DNA of 61,323 nt, counting the filler. It is 5 parts of 5 records of this genome, joined end to end, with 100 filler letters (N's around TTAATTAATTAA, not from the genome) between each part and the next. Parts side by side here need not be neighbours in the genome. Positions count along the whole stretch, not along the records: positions 40,877 to 54,615 come from DRR723986_4032; positions 54,716 to 61,323 come from DRR723986_4050; 3 more parts are not named here. The stretch is one strand, 5' to 3'. Numbering within the stretch: position 1 is the first letter of the stretch; each line of letters opens with the position of its first letter. This document shows, piece by piece, positions 49,987-60,413 of the stretch. The notes under the pieces were generated by a model. It did no database searches, was not told the origin of the DNA, and worked only from the letters and a program-made list of their open reading frames with translations. The translations under genes were made by a program, and so were the position numbers.

Positions 49987-51828
49987 CTATCCCGATATTT
50001 TGGCGGGCAGCGGCTCAAGCTGGGGCTCCAACTCACCGTGAGCTTTCTTCCAAACCAAAGCTGCCTCGATAAATATCCAGACTTGCAAGAGTAAGATCCC
50101 AATCCCGAATGCTGACAACAGAATGTTGCCCTGCGGAATGTACTTGTTAAACAGGTCGTAGGTCATGGCCCAGCCAGGCATGAGCAACATCAACACCGTC
50201 GGAATGGCCAGAAAAGCAATCGTCTTGTTTCGACGCCACAGATAAAACGTCGCGACCATCATCGCTAGCCCCGCGAGCAATTGATTGGTTGCTCCGAAGA
50301 GGGGCCAAAGCACGAGTCCTCCTTTGCCGGGCGTTTCGCCAGCGAACACGGCTATCAAGCCACCGATGCCGACGGCAAGCCCAGTGGCGACGTACTTGTT
50401 TTGAGTGGGTAATCCAACGGTTGCCCCAAGCTCTTGCAGAACGTAACGTTGCAGCCGAGTGGCCGTGTCTAGCGTAGTGGCTGCAAAACTGGCGACGAGC
50501 ACGGCGACGATACCAATTCCCAGCCGGACGGGTATGCCGATCGATGTCAAGAAGTTTGCGCCGCCCTCGATAAAGGCACGCAGTTTCTGTGGCAAACCCT
50601 GCTTGCTCCAGCCTCCCTCTTCACCCGCGCGGTAGTAGGTTTGCCAGGCGGCCCGACCGACCACAGGCTGCCCGTCAGCGCCCGCAGCTACTTGATATCC
50701 TACTTCACCGATCGGCAGCTTCTCCAGGGCTCCCATTCCTACACCTGCAGTGCAAGCCAGAATGACGATCACAGCAAGTGCGGACTCCAGGAGCATGGCA
50801 CCGTAGCCCACCGCCTGCGCGTCGGTCTCACACGACACCTGCTTGCTACTCGTTCCCGAGGAGACAAGGCAGTGGAAGCCGCTGCAGGCGCCGCAAGCTA
50901 TCGTTATAAACAGAAACGGCAAAATGGGAGGGGCATCAGCGGGAACGCTTGAGGAGATCGGCTCGGCTGACGCAAACAAGTCCGCCCTGCCTGATACGCC
51001 AGCCACCGCAAGACCTAATACCAACAAGCCCAAGGCGACAAACAACTGGTGGCTATTGACCAAATCGCGGGGCTGCAGCAACAGCCAGACCGGTAACACA
51101 CTGGCCGCAAAACAATACGCAAGCAACAAGATGGTCCAGACGACATTCGGCTGCCAAAGCGAAGTCTCACTCGGAGCCTTAACGTAGTCGGCCATGTCGA
51201 ATTGTAGGTAGTAGACACCGATGTAGGTCGCCGCATAGAGAAGCACCAGCGAGAGGATCGACGGCAACATCAGTGAACCACCGGTCTTGTGGGCCCATAG
51301 TCCAACAGCAATCGCAATCGGCATCGCCACCCAAACGCTCAGGACACTTTCGGGATAAAGGCCGAAGATGCTCGCGATGACGAGCCCGAAAATCGCTAGG
51401 ACAATCCACAGAGCAATTGCGAGAATCGACAGAAAAAGAATCTTTGCGCGAGGCGAAATCATTCGCCCGGCAACTTCACCAATCGTCTGCCCTCGATTTC
51501 GAATCGAAATTACCAGCGCGGCCATGTCGTGAACGCCGCCTATCAATATCGCTCCTAGGACAACCCAGGCTAGTGCCGGCAGCCATCCCCAAAACACTGC
51601 GATAGCAGGGCCAACGATCGGGCCGGTCCCCGCGATACTGGTGAAATGGTGCCCAAAGATGACGCTTCGCTTGGTCGGAACAAAGTCATTGTCGTCGCGA
51701 AGCGCCCGACTGGGCACGTTGGCATCCTCGGTCAGCTCAAACAACTTGCGACTCAACCAGCCACCGTAGACGCGGTAGGCGGTATACAGCAGGCCCAGCG
51801 AGCCGATGCAAACCAGTAGTGTGCTCAT
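49987..51828 (-). CDS. cstA: Carbon starvation protein A (peptide/pyruvate transporter)
   Basis: FGHHFTSIAGTGPIVGP, WLLLQPRD, FITIACGACSGFH, TTLDTATRL and WPLFGATNQLLA; start at MSTLLV. Confidence 0.95.
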   Translation of the reverse strand: MSTLLVCIGSLGLLYTAYRVYGGWLSRKLFELTEDANVPSRALRDDNDFVPTKRSVIFGHHFTSIAGTGPIVGPAIAVFWGWLPALAWVVLGAILIGGVHDMAALVISIRNRGQTIGEVAGRMISPRAKILFLSILAIALWIVLAIFGLVIASIFGLYPESVLSVWVAMPIAIAVGLWAHKTGGSLMLPSILSLVLLYAATYIGVYYLQFDMADYVKAPSETSLWQPNVVWTILLLAYCFAASVLPVWLLLQPRDLVNSHQLFVALGLLVLGLAVAGVSGRADLFASAEPISSSVPADAPPILPFLFITIACGACSGFHCLVSSGTSSKQVSCETDAQAVGYGAMLLESALAVIVILACTAGVGMGALEKLPIGEVGYQVAAGADGQPVVGRAAWQTYYRAGEEGGWSKQGLPQKLRAFIEGGANFLTSIGIPVRLGIGIVAVLVASFAATTLDTATRLQRYVLQELGATVGLPTQNKYVATGLAVGIGGLIAVFAGETPGKGGLVLWPLFGATNQLLAGLAMMVATFYLWRRNKTIAFLAIPTVLMLLMPGWAMTYDLFNKYIPQGNILLSAFGIGILLLQVWIFIEAALVWKKAHGELEPQLEPLPAKISG

Positions 51829-52326
51829 GTGAACATCAATGTGTGGAGGAGGCGGAAGGCGGAGATTCAGCCCTAGCGTACCGATTCTGCTGGCTGAAGA
51901 ACACCTAGCATCGAACAGGTAAATGGGCTCGCCGACGTCTGCAACTGCATGATCCTCACAATCGTCATCCTCACCGCCAATCGGTTGAGCTTGCCGAAAA
52001 CGGACTCTTTGGGCAACTGATCCCCGGAACCCACGCCGATAAATCCCACCATGCTGAGGACAGCAAGAAGATTCGTGGCCTCTCCTAAACCGTACGCTCA
52101 ACCTGCCAAGTGACCGGCGTTTGCTGGCTCAGGCGGTGAGAACAAAGTCCGACCCGTGTGGTCGGGCCGAACTTGGGATTCAAGGGTTCCCCCAGACGCT
52201 CCAGGGGCACCCAAATCGCTCAACATGACTTTGAGCAAGATCAAGTGTTCGGCGTGCGATAGCAAGCGGGTTTTCTCGACACATGGATGTGACACCACCG
52301 CCAATTGGCGGATAGTCCGTTAACCA

Positions 52327-53991
52327 ATGCATGATGCGTTGAAAAACTGCAGAGTGATCACCCGCCATAGGAATACGAGCGTGTCCAAGAAGCTTCCCTC
52401 TCATCTGAAACTACACACCGAAGAACAGTCGCAAGAACGCACCGTCGCATCGGTTTTTGATTTAGGTGCAACCATCAGTGCTTTCACCAAAGCGACAGGT
52501 TGGATCCCGAGAGCCATTCACGGCAACCCAATTGGGACCGGTCCAAAAGGTACAGGAGTCGCAGCAGCACTGGGCATCGATGCCACTCGCGAAGAAGGCG
52601 AGCCAACTCCACCGCTCCATCGTCGAGTTAGACTGATTAGTGATGCACCGATCGACGGCCAACTGGACGCCGAGTTTGCCGCTATCGAAGGAATCACTAG
52701 TGAAGAAGATGCTTGGCAACTGCTCGGTCAGATTGACGCTCTAGTACAAAAGCTAGACGCGGCCGAAACAACAATCCGCCACCAGGAAGCGCAGCTTGCG
52801 ACCAGTGTTGGCGTAAGCATTCGCAAAGATGAAACAAGTGCGCTTTCATCCAGAATGAGCGAATCACTCCAGCGTGCCGCTGAGCATACGGGCAGTGACG
52901 CTGCGGCCGTCTACCTGCTTGACGATGCCACCAGCACGCTCAAGATGCGTGGTTGCTGGGGCATGGCCGCGGACCGACTTGCTCAACCTCCTCGTGACTT
53001 GCGCGGTTCACTCGGGGACCTTGAAGCCCTAATGGGCAATGCAGTGCTGCTAGAGAACACCGCGCTGGCGGCAGAATGGCAGTGCCCGGAAGACTATGCG
53101 GCCGCAATGTGCTTGCCGATCGGCTCACCAACGATGCCGCAAGGCACCATCTGGTTGTTCAGCGACCATGTGCGTGACTTCAGCAGTGAAGACATTGAGA
53201 TGGCGAAGGCCGCGTCGGACAAGATCTTAGTTGACATCGAGCGCTGCGTACTGGCCGACGAAGTCCTCAAGAATCGTGGAATTGAAAGAGAGTTCGATTC
53301 CGCCGGACTCACTCAGTCGTCGCGTTTGCCGAGCGGTAATCAGCCGCTACACCAAGACTATGACTTAGCGGGCTGGACGTTCCAGGATCAATCTCTGGGC
53401 GGCAATTTTCATAACTGGACGATGAATCGGCGAAGCGAAGTGTGTATCGCATTGGGAGCTTCGGTCCCAACTGGTGCGGCAGGATCGCTCGTCGCGACTA
53501 GCGTGCAGACGGTGGTCGAAACGTGCTGGAATTCCCGTCACACGCCAGAGCAGATCATGCGGCGGGCCAACGACGTGCTTTGGCAGGCACAGGATGGAGA
53601 CTGGCGAAGTTCACTGGGATATTGCGTTTTGCATCCAGACAGCGGGTCGGTCAACCTGGCTGTAGCGGGTTCCATTCAAGCGTTCTTGATTGGCGATTAC
53701 GGCTTCCGCCCACTTCCAAGGACCGAGACTCCTCTGGCCGCCCAGCCGGACACCTCGTTTCGATCCACACAGTTGTTCATGGAGACCGGCGAAGTACTTC
53801 TGCTTGCATCAGAGAGCGTAATCGCCGGAGCTGAGCAAGGCGGCTTGACCCAAGAACTGTTGCTTCAGACAATCAATTCGATGCGGGAAGAGACTGCTGA
53901 CGACATCGTCGATCACTTAGCACGCAAGCTCCCACTGCAGCTTGATCACACAAGCGACAGGTCTCTTCTCATCCTGAAACGCGGCTTTTAA
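52327..53991 (+). CDS. GAF + SpoIIE/PP2C-like domain protein (catalytic motifs degenerate)
   Basis: GAF region (AAVYLLD, MCLPI, GTIWL) followed by a SpoIIE-like domain; start may be GTG 52381. Confidence 0.75.
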   Translation: MHDALKNCRVITRHRNTSVSKKLPSHLKLHTEEQSQERTVASVFDLGATISAFTKATGWIPRAIHGNPIGTGPKGTGVAAALGIDATREEGEPTPPLHRRVRLISDAPIDGQLDAEFAAIEGITSEEDAWQLLGQIDALVQKLDAAETTIRHQEAQLATSVGVSIRKDETSALSSRMSESLQRAAEHTGSDAAAVYLLDDATSTLKMRGCWGMAADRLAQPPRDLRGSLGDLEALMGNAVLLENTALAAEWQCPEDYAAAMCLPIGSPTMPQGTIWLFSDHVRDFSSEDIEMAKAASDKILVDIERCVLADEVLKNRGIEREFDSAGLTQSSRLPSGNQPLHQDYDLAGWTFQDQSLGGNFHNWTMNRRSEVCIALGASVPTGAAGSLVATSVQTVVETCWNSRHTPEQIMRRANDVLWQAQDGDWRSSLGYCVLHPDSGSVNLAVAGSIQAFLIGDYGFRPLPRTETPLAAQPDTSFRSTQLFMETGEVLLLASESVIAGAEQGGLTQELLLQTINSMREETADDIVDHLARKLPLQLDHTSDRSLLILKRGF

Positions 53992-54033
53992 CACAGCCTT
54001 GCAACCAACAGAAAAAGCATCTCCGGACGACCA

Positions 54034-54510
54034 ATGAGATACATTGCACCTGTTTTCTTCATCCTTCCGTTTGTGCTCGTCGGTTGTGAGGGGGCAAGTT
54101 TACGCGACAAGAATATCGTTGACGTTGAGTCTGACGACGTGGCAATGAATTCTGCCATTGCTAAGGCTCAGGCGACGTTTCCTGTCTTCGTTGAAAACTG
54201 GAAGCGTGTTCAAGGCAGGAATTGCAATGTTAAGTTCGCGATGGAAACCACCGACGGAGGCCGGGAGCACATCTTGTTTGAGCCGCTTAAGATTGACGGG
54301 GAAAACATCATCGCGGTCTGCTCGAATGAACCTCGCAATGTTGATGGGCTGCAGATAGGAGACAAACGCCAACTCCAGCAGTCCGCGGTTTCGGATTGGA
54401 TGATCATAGAAGCCGGCAAGTGCTACGGCGGATACACCATTCGAGTATTGTCGGAAAAATCGCCTGACGAGGCGCCACCGATGGAGTTCGCTGATTATCC
54501 GGACAGCTAG
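54034..54510 (+). CDS. DUF2314 (YegJ-like) lipoprotein
   Basis: Lipobox LVGC; DVAMNSAIAKAQAT, EHI, NEP, VSDWMI and YGGYTIR motifs. Confidence 0.85.
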   Translation: MRYIAPVFFILPFVLVGCEGASLRDKNIVDVESDDVAMNSAIAKAQATFPVFVENWKRVQGRNCNVKFAMETTDGGREHILFEPLKIDGENIIAVCSNEPRNVDGLQIGDKRQLQQSAVSDWMIIEAGKCYGGYTIRVLSEKSPDEAPPMEFADYPDS

Positions 54511-54615
54511 TTCTTTCGACCGCTCCGTAGCTTCCAACGTGCGTTCAATCGGCCGGCACAGTGTGATGTTGTAGCTGTGTTGGATAGTTTTGAAACGCGG
54601 AGGCGCAGAGAACGC

Positions 54616-54715
54616 NNNNNNNNNNNNNNNNNNNNNNNNNNNNNNNNNNNNNNNNNNNNTTAATTAATTAANNNNNNNNNNNNNNNNNNNNNNNNNNNNN
54701 NNNNNNNNNNNNNNN
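54616..54715. other. Artificial contig spacer
   Basis: N-run with TTAATTAATTAA. Confidence 0.98.
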
Positions 54716-54891
<176 letters not shown>

Positions 54892-55133
54892 TCACAGCCC
54901 GCCGGGCTTGACCAGACCGGCAGGGGCAATCGCGGCCCGCCCATGGCGCGGTGAAAGGCGCGGCCCGGTGCGCTTTGTGACCGTTGCCCACGCCGCAGGG
55001 GGCTGTCGGGGTGCCTTGATACAGCCCCCTGCGCCGCAGGGGTTGGGCACGACCGCCGCCCCTCTCGTAACCGGGGGCCCTTGTCGCCGCGCGCCACGGG
55101 AACGGGCGCCCCACCGCAGAGGACGGCGGAGGC

Positions 55134-55781
55134 CTACCGCCCGCTGCGCGAGAAGTGCTGGTAGTCCTTGGCACTGCGCCACGTCCCGCCCCAGCCCCAG
55201 CCGCGCGCGGTGAAGGCCCGGACCACCGCGTCGCCTTCGCGAAGGACACCCGGCGCCTCGCCGCGCTCGGCGGGGTCGTCGTAGTCGACCCCCGCAGCCG
55301 GGGCGGTGCCCCCCTTCGAGACGTAGGGATTCTGCACCGGGTTGATGTCGATGGCCGTGCCGAAGGCATGTTCGGACAGCCGCGTGCTGCCGCCGACCGT
55401 CCGGCAGTTGAAGGCAGAGGTGTTGTTGGCGGCCATGGACAGCGCGTCGTCGCCGCCGAACTCATGCACCGGCCGCATCTGCTGGATCGGATAGCCGGCG
55501 GCGTAGAGGTCGGCGAAGATGTCGAGCAGGGTCTCGGCCTCCGGGGCGGCGACGATCAGCTGCCCCTCGCGGCTGTCGCCGGTGAAATCGACATGGGGCA
55601 CGGTCAGGAGGCGCAGCGCCGCACGGTCGGGGCATCCCCTGCCCTCGTGCCACGAGACGCCCTGCATCCGCTGCCAGAGCGCATCGGGGATCGGCTCCGC
55701 ATGGCCACGCGCGTCCCGAGCGGCGGCAGCGGGCGCGAGGACCGCAAGCAGGATGGCGGTCAGAAGGGGCTTGGTGGTCAT
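55134..55781 (-). CDS. M15-family D-Ala-D-Ala peptidase-like protein
   Basis: Signal peptide; NTSAFNCR, SEHAFGTAIDINP (SxHxxGxAxD) and WGWGGTW...DYQHF. Confidence 0.9.
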   Translation of the reverse strand: MTTKPLLTAILLAVLAPAAAARDARGHAEPIPDALWQRMQGVSWHEGRGCPDRAALRLLTVPHVDFTGDSREGQLIVAAPEAETLLDIFADLYAAGYPIQQMRPVHEFGGDDALSMAANNTSAFNCRTVGGSTRLSEHAFGTAIDINPVQNPYVSKGGTAPAAGVDYDDPAERGEAPGVLREGDAVVRAFTARGWGWGGTWRSAKDYQHFSRSGR

Positions 55782-55939
55782 GCGCGGGGCGCTCCGGCAG
55801 GGGTGCTTGGGACGATTGAGCCCTGCGCGGGCGCGCGCCGTCAAGGCAGGGATTCCGGAGGGTCGGAGGCGCGCCAAAGCGTCCCGCGGCTGCTGACACC
55901 CGTGCTGGGGTGATGAGCGGCGTCTCTTCGGGACGTGGA

Positions 55940-56166
55940 GAGGCGATCCACCGGGATCGGGATGACCCCTCGCCCCGGTCAGGACCGGAAGACGTTCCGC
56001 AGAGGGCGCCTCGATCCGTTCGTCCCAGCCGATACGCAGCCATGCCCCAACGCCGGGAGGCGATCAACCGGGATCGGAATCGCCCCTTGCCCCGGTCATG
56101 TCCTGAAGACGTCCCGCAGAGGGCGCCTCTATCGGCCCGTTCGTCCCGGCCATGCCCCACCGCCGG
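55940..56166. repeat. Degenerate tandem repeat, two copies (about 117 and 110 bp)
   Basis: Copies start GAGGCGATC at 55940 and 56057 and share ACCGGGATCGG, GCCCCGGTCA, GAAGACGT, CCGCAGAGGGCGCCTC, CCGTTCGTCCC and GCCATGCCCCA. Confidence 0.85.
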
Positions 56167-56260
56167 GGGGACAAGGAAGCGTGGGGGCCAAACTCTTGTG
56201 GGTTATCCGGGTCAGGCGCGACCGACAGCCCGCCCGGGCCAGAGCGTCGTCACGGGGCCT

Positions 56261-56429
56261 ATCCCCGGCTCGGGGGCGATGCGCAATCGGGCTGCTGCGC
56301 AGGCCGCGATGGCGCGCACGCCGTCGCAGCCGCCCCTATCAACGCGCGCGGCTCATCCCCGGCTGTGGGGCCATGCGCAATAGCGGCTACACAGGCCGCC
56401 ACGGCGCGCACTACGCCGCAGCCGTCCCT
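56261..56429. repeat. Second degenerate direct repeat, two copies (period 94 bp)
   Basis: ATCCCCGGCT...ATGCGCAAT...CAGGCCGC...GGCGCGCAC...CGCAGCCG at 56261 and 56355. Confidence 0.8.
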
Positions 56430-56459
56430 CCCCGCGCCCGGATCGCGCTGGCTCCGCCC

Positions 56460-57242
56460 TCAGAGGTCGCGGAACAGGTTGTCGTCCTCGACGAAATCCA
56501 GCCGATCCTCGCTGACGGTGCCGGCGTTGATGTCGCGGGTCTCGACCCGGCCGTCGCCGAAACCGATCACAACCTGATCGCAGATGTCGATGAAGAGCCC
56601 GTTCTCGACCACGCCCGGCACCTGATTCAGCACCATCGCCAGCTGGCGCGGGTTGCCGATCCGGCCAAGATGCAAGTCGAGGATGTGGTTGCCCTCATCG
56701 GTCATGTAGGGTCGCTCGCCATTCATCCGCAGGGTGGCCTTGCGGCCCATGACGTCCATGGACACCAGCAGTTCCTCGATCAGCGCCTGCGAGGTCTGCC
56801 AGCCGAAGGGGATGACCTCGACCGGAAGGGGAAAGTTGCCGAGGCTCTCGACCTCCTTTGCCGCATCCGCGATCACCACCATCTGGTCCGAGGCGGTGGC
56901 CACGATCTTTTCCTGCAACAGCGCCCCGCCGCCGCCCTTGATGAGGCTCAGGTCGCTGTCGAACTCGTCGGCGCCGTCGATGGTGATGTCGAGCCACTTG
57001 GCCTCGTCGAGAGAGATCACCTCGATCCCCACTTCGCGCGCCAGATCGGCGGTGCGGGTCGAGGTCGGCACGCCGCGAAAGCGCAGCCCCTCTTCGCGGA
57101 CCTTCTCGCCAAGGCAGCGCACCAGCCATGCGGCGGTCGAGCCGGTGCCCAGACCGACGCGCATCCCGCTTTCCACGAATTCCGCCGCGCGCTTGGCGGC
57201 GACGAACTTGGCCTTGTCGATGGGCGAGAGCTCTCCGGACAT
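56460..57242 (-). CDS. rpiA: Ribose-5-phosphate isomerase A
   Basis: GLGTGST, DGADE, IKGGGGALLQEK, PLPVEV and PGVVENGLF; start at MSGELS. Confidence 0.97.
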   Translation of the reverse strand: MSGELSPIDKAKFVAAKRAAEFVESGMRVGLGTGSTAAWLVRCLGEKVREEGLRFRGVPTSTRTADLAREVGIEVISLDEAKWLDITIDGADEFDSDLSLIKGGGGALLQEKIVATASDQMVVIADAAKEVESLGNFPLPVEVIPFGWQTSQALIEELLVSMDVMGRKATLRMNGERPYMTDEGNHILDLHLGRIGNPRQLAMVLNQVPGVVENGLFIDICDQVVIGFGDGRVETRDINAGTVSEDRLDFVEDDNLFRDL

Positions 57243-57892
57243 TGGTTTCCCTTTCAGGTGCGGCAGTGTGGGGCCCTTATAGGGCGGCCTGTTCCGGGGC
57301 GCGAGAGGCAAAGGCCACATTCCTTCCGCCCGCGCACCGCCGCCCCGCCCAGAGCATCCCCTTTGCCACTGCCCCCGGGCGAAACCGGCGCGTAAGGGCC
57401 CCTTCTGCGTGCGAGGGTTGGCCCCTCCCACATCGCGGCACGCGTGCCGGGGTCCCACCACCGCCTTCAAGAGTACCGCCCTGTGGCATCGTGCCGAAGC
57501 ACTGAGGGCGCCCCTGCCGCCTGCGAGGGGTGTCCCCAAGCCTCAACATGGCCCGCGTGCCGGGGGGGTGCCTTCCAAGGGCCCCGCCCCTTGGCATCCT
57601 GCCGGATGGCTCACGGCGCCCCTCCCGCCCGAAAGACCAGCGCCCTGCCGTGCTATGTGTGCACCGCCGGGACTGCGCGTCCCTCCTGCCCGCGCGGTAT
57701 CGACCCGCCGCATCCTGCCAGACCGCTGACGGCGACGCCCTCGCCTGCAAGACAAACCGCCCCGCCGCATCCCCTCCCGACAGACCCCCGGACGGTCCGC
57801 ACCCCGCCGACGGCGATTTTCCCGCTTGCACGGGCCGCGTCCTGCCGCATCATGGCCCGAATGCCCCCCGCGTTGCCCGTCAAGGAGGCCTC

Positions 57893-59368
57893 ATGCGCCC
57901 TGCCCCGCTCTGGTTGCTGGTCTTCCTGCAGGCCGCCGTCTCGGCCGCTTCGCTGGTGGTCGAGATCGTGGCGGGCCGGATGCTGGCGCCCTACGTCGGC
58001 ATGTCGCTGTACACATGGACCTCGGTCATCGCGGTGGTGCTGGCGGGCTTCTCCGTGGGCCACTGGATCGGCGGTCGGCTGGCCGAGAGCCCGCGCGGGC
58101 TGGCGCTGACCGGCTGGGGGCTGGTGGGCGCGGCGGTGACGACGGCTCTGGCGGGGGTGGCGCTGCGCGCCTCGGCGCCGTGGCTCACGCAGATCGGCAG
58201 CCCCGTGGGCGCGATCACCGCGCTGACGCTGGCGGCCTTCTTCCTGCCCTCGCTCTTCGCGGGCATCCCGGCGCCGGTGCTGACGCAGGTCTCGCTCTCG
58301 GCACCCCAAGGCCAAGGCCGCGCGCTGGGGGCGATGTTCGCCGCAGGGGCGGTGGGCGCCATCGCCGGAACCCTGCTGGCGGGCTTCGTCTTCATCGCGT
58401 GGCTGGGCAGCGCATGGACGCTGGCCACGGTGACGGCGGTCTACCTCGGCGCGGCGGCGCTCTGCCTGTGGCTGGCGCGCCGCCTGTCGGGGACGGCCAT
58501 GGCTGCGCTGGCGGCCTGCGCGCTTGGCGCGGGCCTGCTGGCGGCGCGGCCCGGGCCCTGCGCGGTGGAAAGCCGCTACTTCTGCCTGCAAAGCGTCGAC
58601 GTCGCCGCCGACCCGTCCCGGCCGACGCGGGCCATGGTGATCGACCACCTCGTGCACGGCATCTCGGCCCGCGACGCGCCCGGGGTGATGTTCACCGATC
58701 ACGCCGCCATGTTGGACGCGCTGGCCCGACTGCGCGCCCCCTCCGAGGCCTTCTCGAGCTTTCACATCGGCGGCGGCAACTACGCCCTGCCCCGCGCCAT
58801 CGCGGCGCGCGGCGGCGGTCCGGTCACGGTGGCAGAGATCGACCCTGCGGTGACGGCTCTCGCGGCGCGGGACTTCTGGTTCGATCCGGCGACCGCCACG
58901 ATCCTGCACGAGGACGCGCGGCGCGCGCTGATGCTTTCCCACGACCGCTACGACGTGATCGTCGGCGATGCCTTCACCGACACCGCCGTGCCGCAGCATC
59001 TCGTCACCTCGGAGTTCTTCGCGCTGGTGGCGGAGCGTCTGGCGCCGGGCGGCAGCTACCTGATGAACGTGATCGACTATGCCGACCGGATGCAGGCGGT
59101 GGGGAGCCTCGTCGCGACCCTGCGCCGTCATTTCCCGGTGGTCGAGGTCTGGACCGAGGCGCGCCGCCCCGAACCCGGAGAGCGGGTGGTCATGGTCCTC
59201 GTCGCGGGCACTGCGCCGACACCGGCGGATCGCTTCGCCGTCCCCGCGCCGGAGCGCACGACCTTCGCCGCGCTGGGAACCGCCTTCGTCGACCGGCTTG
59301 CGACCGAGGGGCTGATCCTGACCGACGACCACGCGCCGATCGACCGGTTGGTGGGCGCGCGGGACTGA
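57893..59368 (+). CDS. Fused MFS-like / spermidine-synthase-like SAM-dependent protein
   Basis: AAGGAGG RBS; EIVAGRMLAPYVG..LYTWT membrane region; IGGG, AEIDP, DVIVGDAF, PQHL and LTDDHAP. Confidence 0.88.
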   Translation: MRPAPLWLLVFLQAAVSAASLVVEIVAGRMLAPYVGMSLYTWTSVIAVVLAGFSVGHWIGGRLAESPRGLALTGWGLVGAAVTTALAGVALRASAPWLTQIGSPVGAITALTLAAFFLPSLFAGIPAPVLTQVSLSAPQGQGRALGAMFAAGAVGAIAGTLLAGFVFIAWLGSAWTLATVTAVYLGAAALCLWLARRLSGTAMAALAACALGAGLLAARPGPCAVESRYFCLQSVDVAADPSRPTRAMVIDHLVHGISARDAPGVMFTDHAAMLDALARLRAPSEAFSSFHIGGGNYALPRAIAARGGGPVTVAEIDPAVTALAARDFWFDPATATILHEDARRALMLSHDRYDVIVGDAFTDTAVPQHLVTSEFFALVAERLAPGGSYLMNVIDYADRMQAVGSLVATLRRHFPVVEVWTEARRPEPGERVVMVLVAGTAPTPADRFAVPAPERTTFAALGTAFVDRLATEGLILTDDHAPIDRLVGARD

Positions 59369-59530
59369 GGCCTCGGGGGGCGCTGGGACGGGGCCGGAGG
59401 GTCCGGCATCTTGGCTGCGGGGAGTTTCCGGTCCTCCCCTTTTACCCCCTGACAACCCGCCCGAATGGCCCGGGGGGCTTGCCACCGGCGCTGCGGAACG
59501 GGCCGTGCGACACCAAGGGCCCTGTGGCCA

Positions 59531-59566
59531 GCCCACCTTGCCGCGAGCCCACCTTGCCGCGAGCCC
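59531..59566. repeat. 16-bp tandem duplication
   Basis: GCCCACCTTGCCGCGA twice, then GCCC. Confidence 0.8.
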
Positions 59567-59729
59567 TGCCGGAATTGGGGGCTGGAGCAGACCGGAGGCC
59601 GGGGAAACGGGGCTGAGCCGAAGGCCCAAGAATGGCGCCCTGCCAGACCCCGCCACAGCGTAAATCAGCCAGAGACCGGCAGTAAGCGCCGGTCCAGCGG
59701 GCCAGCGAAGCAGCCCGGGCGCGTACTCC

Positions 59730-60413
59730 TCAGAGGGGGATCGGCACGCCCGCCGCCTGCACCGTGCCCGTCGGCTGGCCGGTCGGTGAGCCGCCCACGG
59801 GTTCGTCGGAAACCGCCAGCGTCGCGCCGGGCACGCGGGCCGCCATCGCGTCGGAAAGCACCACGATGTGATTGCCCCCCGGGGACATGACGCCCAGCGA
59901 GATCGGCTGTTCGCCCTCGGGGATCAGCCAAAGCTGAAGGACGCGCCCCTCGGGCAGGTCGCCCTCCCTGTAGGCGATGTCCACCGTATGCGTGGGCGGG
60001 TCGATCCGCACGTCGAAGGCAAGCGTCCCGGCCGCCGGTTCGAGAGAGGCGAGGATCTCGGCGCGCGGCGTTTCCAGCACACCCGAGACGAAGACCGCGA
60101 AGGACAGCGCCGCGCCGGCCATGGCGCCGCCGAGATAGGGCAGAAGCTGGCGCCAGACCGGCAGGCGCGAGTCGCCCCATGCCCCGGCCTCGATCCGGCG
60201 GAACACGGCGGGCGGCGGCGTCACCTCGGGGATCGCGTCGGTGAAGCTGGCGAAGTATTCGGACCATGCCGCCACGTCCTGCCGCAAGTCCGGATCGCGC
60301 GCCAGACGCGCCTCGAAGGTGGCAAGCTCATCCGCCTCGAGCAGGCCGAGGACGTATTCGGCGGCAACCGCCTCCCAGCCGCCGGGCAGCGTGGTATCGG
60401 GTCTATCGCTCAT
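59730..60413 (-). CDS. Anti-sigma factor, RskA-like
   Basis: AAEYVLGLL, one TM helix, LQLWLI, PISLGV and LAVSDEPVGGSPTGQPTG. Confidence 0.9.
   Translation of the reverse strand: MSDRPDTTLPGGWEAVAAEYVLGLLEADELATFEARLARDPDLRQDVAAWSEYFASFTDAIPEVTPPPAVFRRIEAGAWGDSRLPVWRQLLPYLGGAMAGAALSFAVFVSGVLETPRAEILASLEPAAGTLAFDVRIDPPTHTVDIAYREGDLPEGRVLQLWLIPEGEQPISLGVMSPGGNHIVVLSDAMAARVPGATLAVSDEPVGGSPTGQPTGTVQAAGVPIPL

Noticed and set aside
55940-56429. Repeats considered as a CRISPR array
   Set aside because: Only two long degenerate copies each, no repeat-spacer periodicity and no cas genes.
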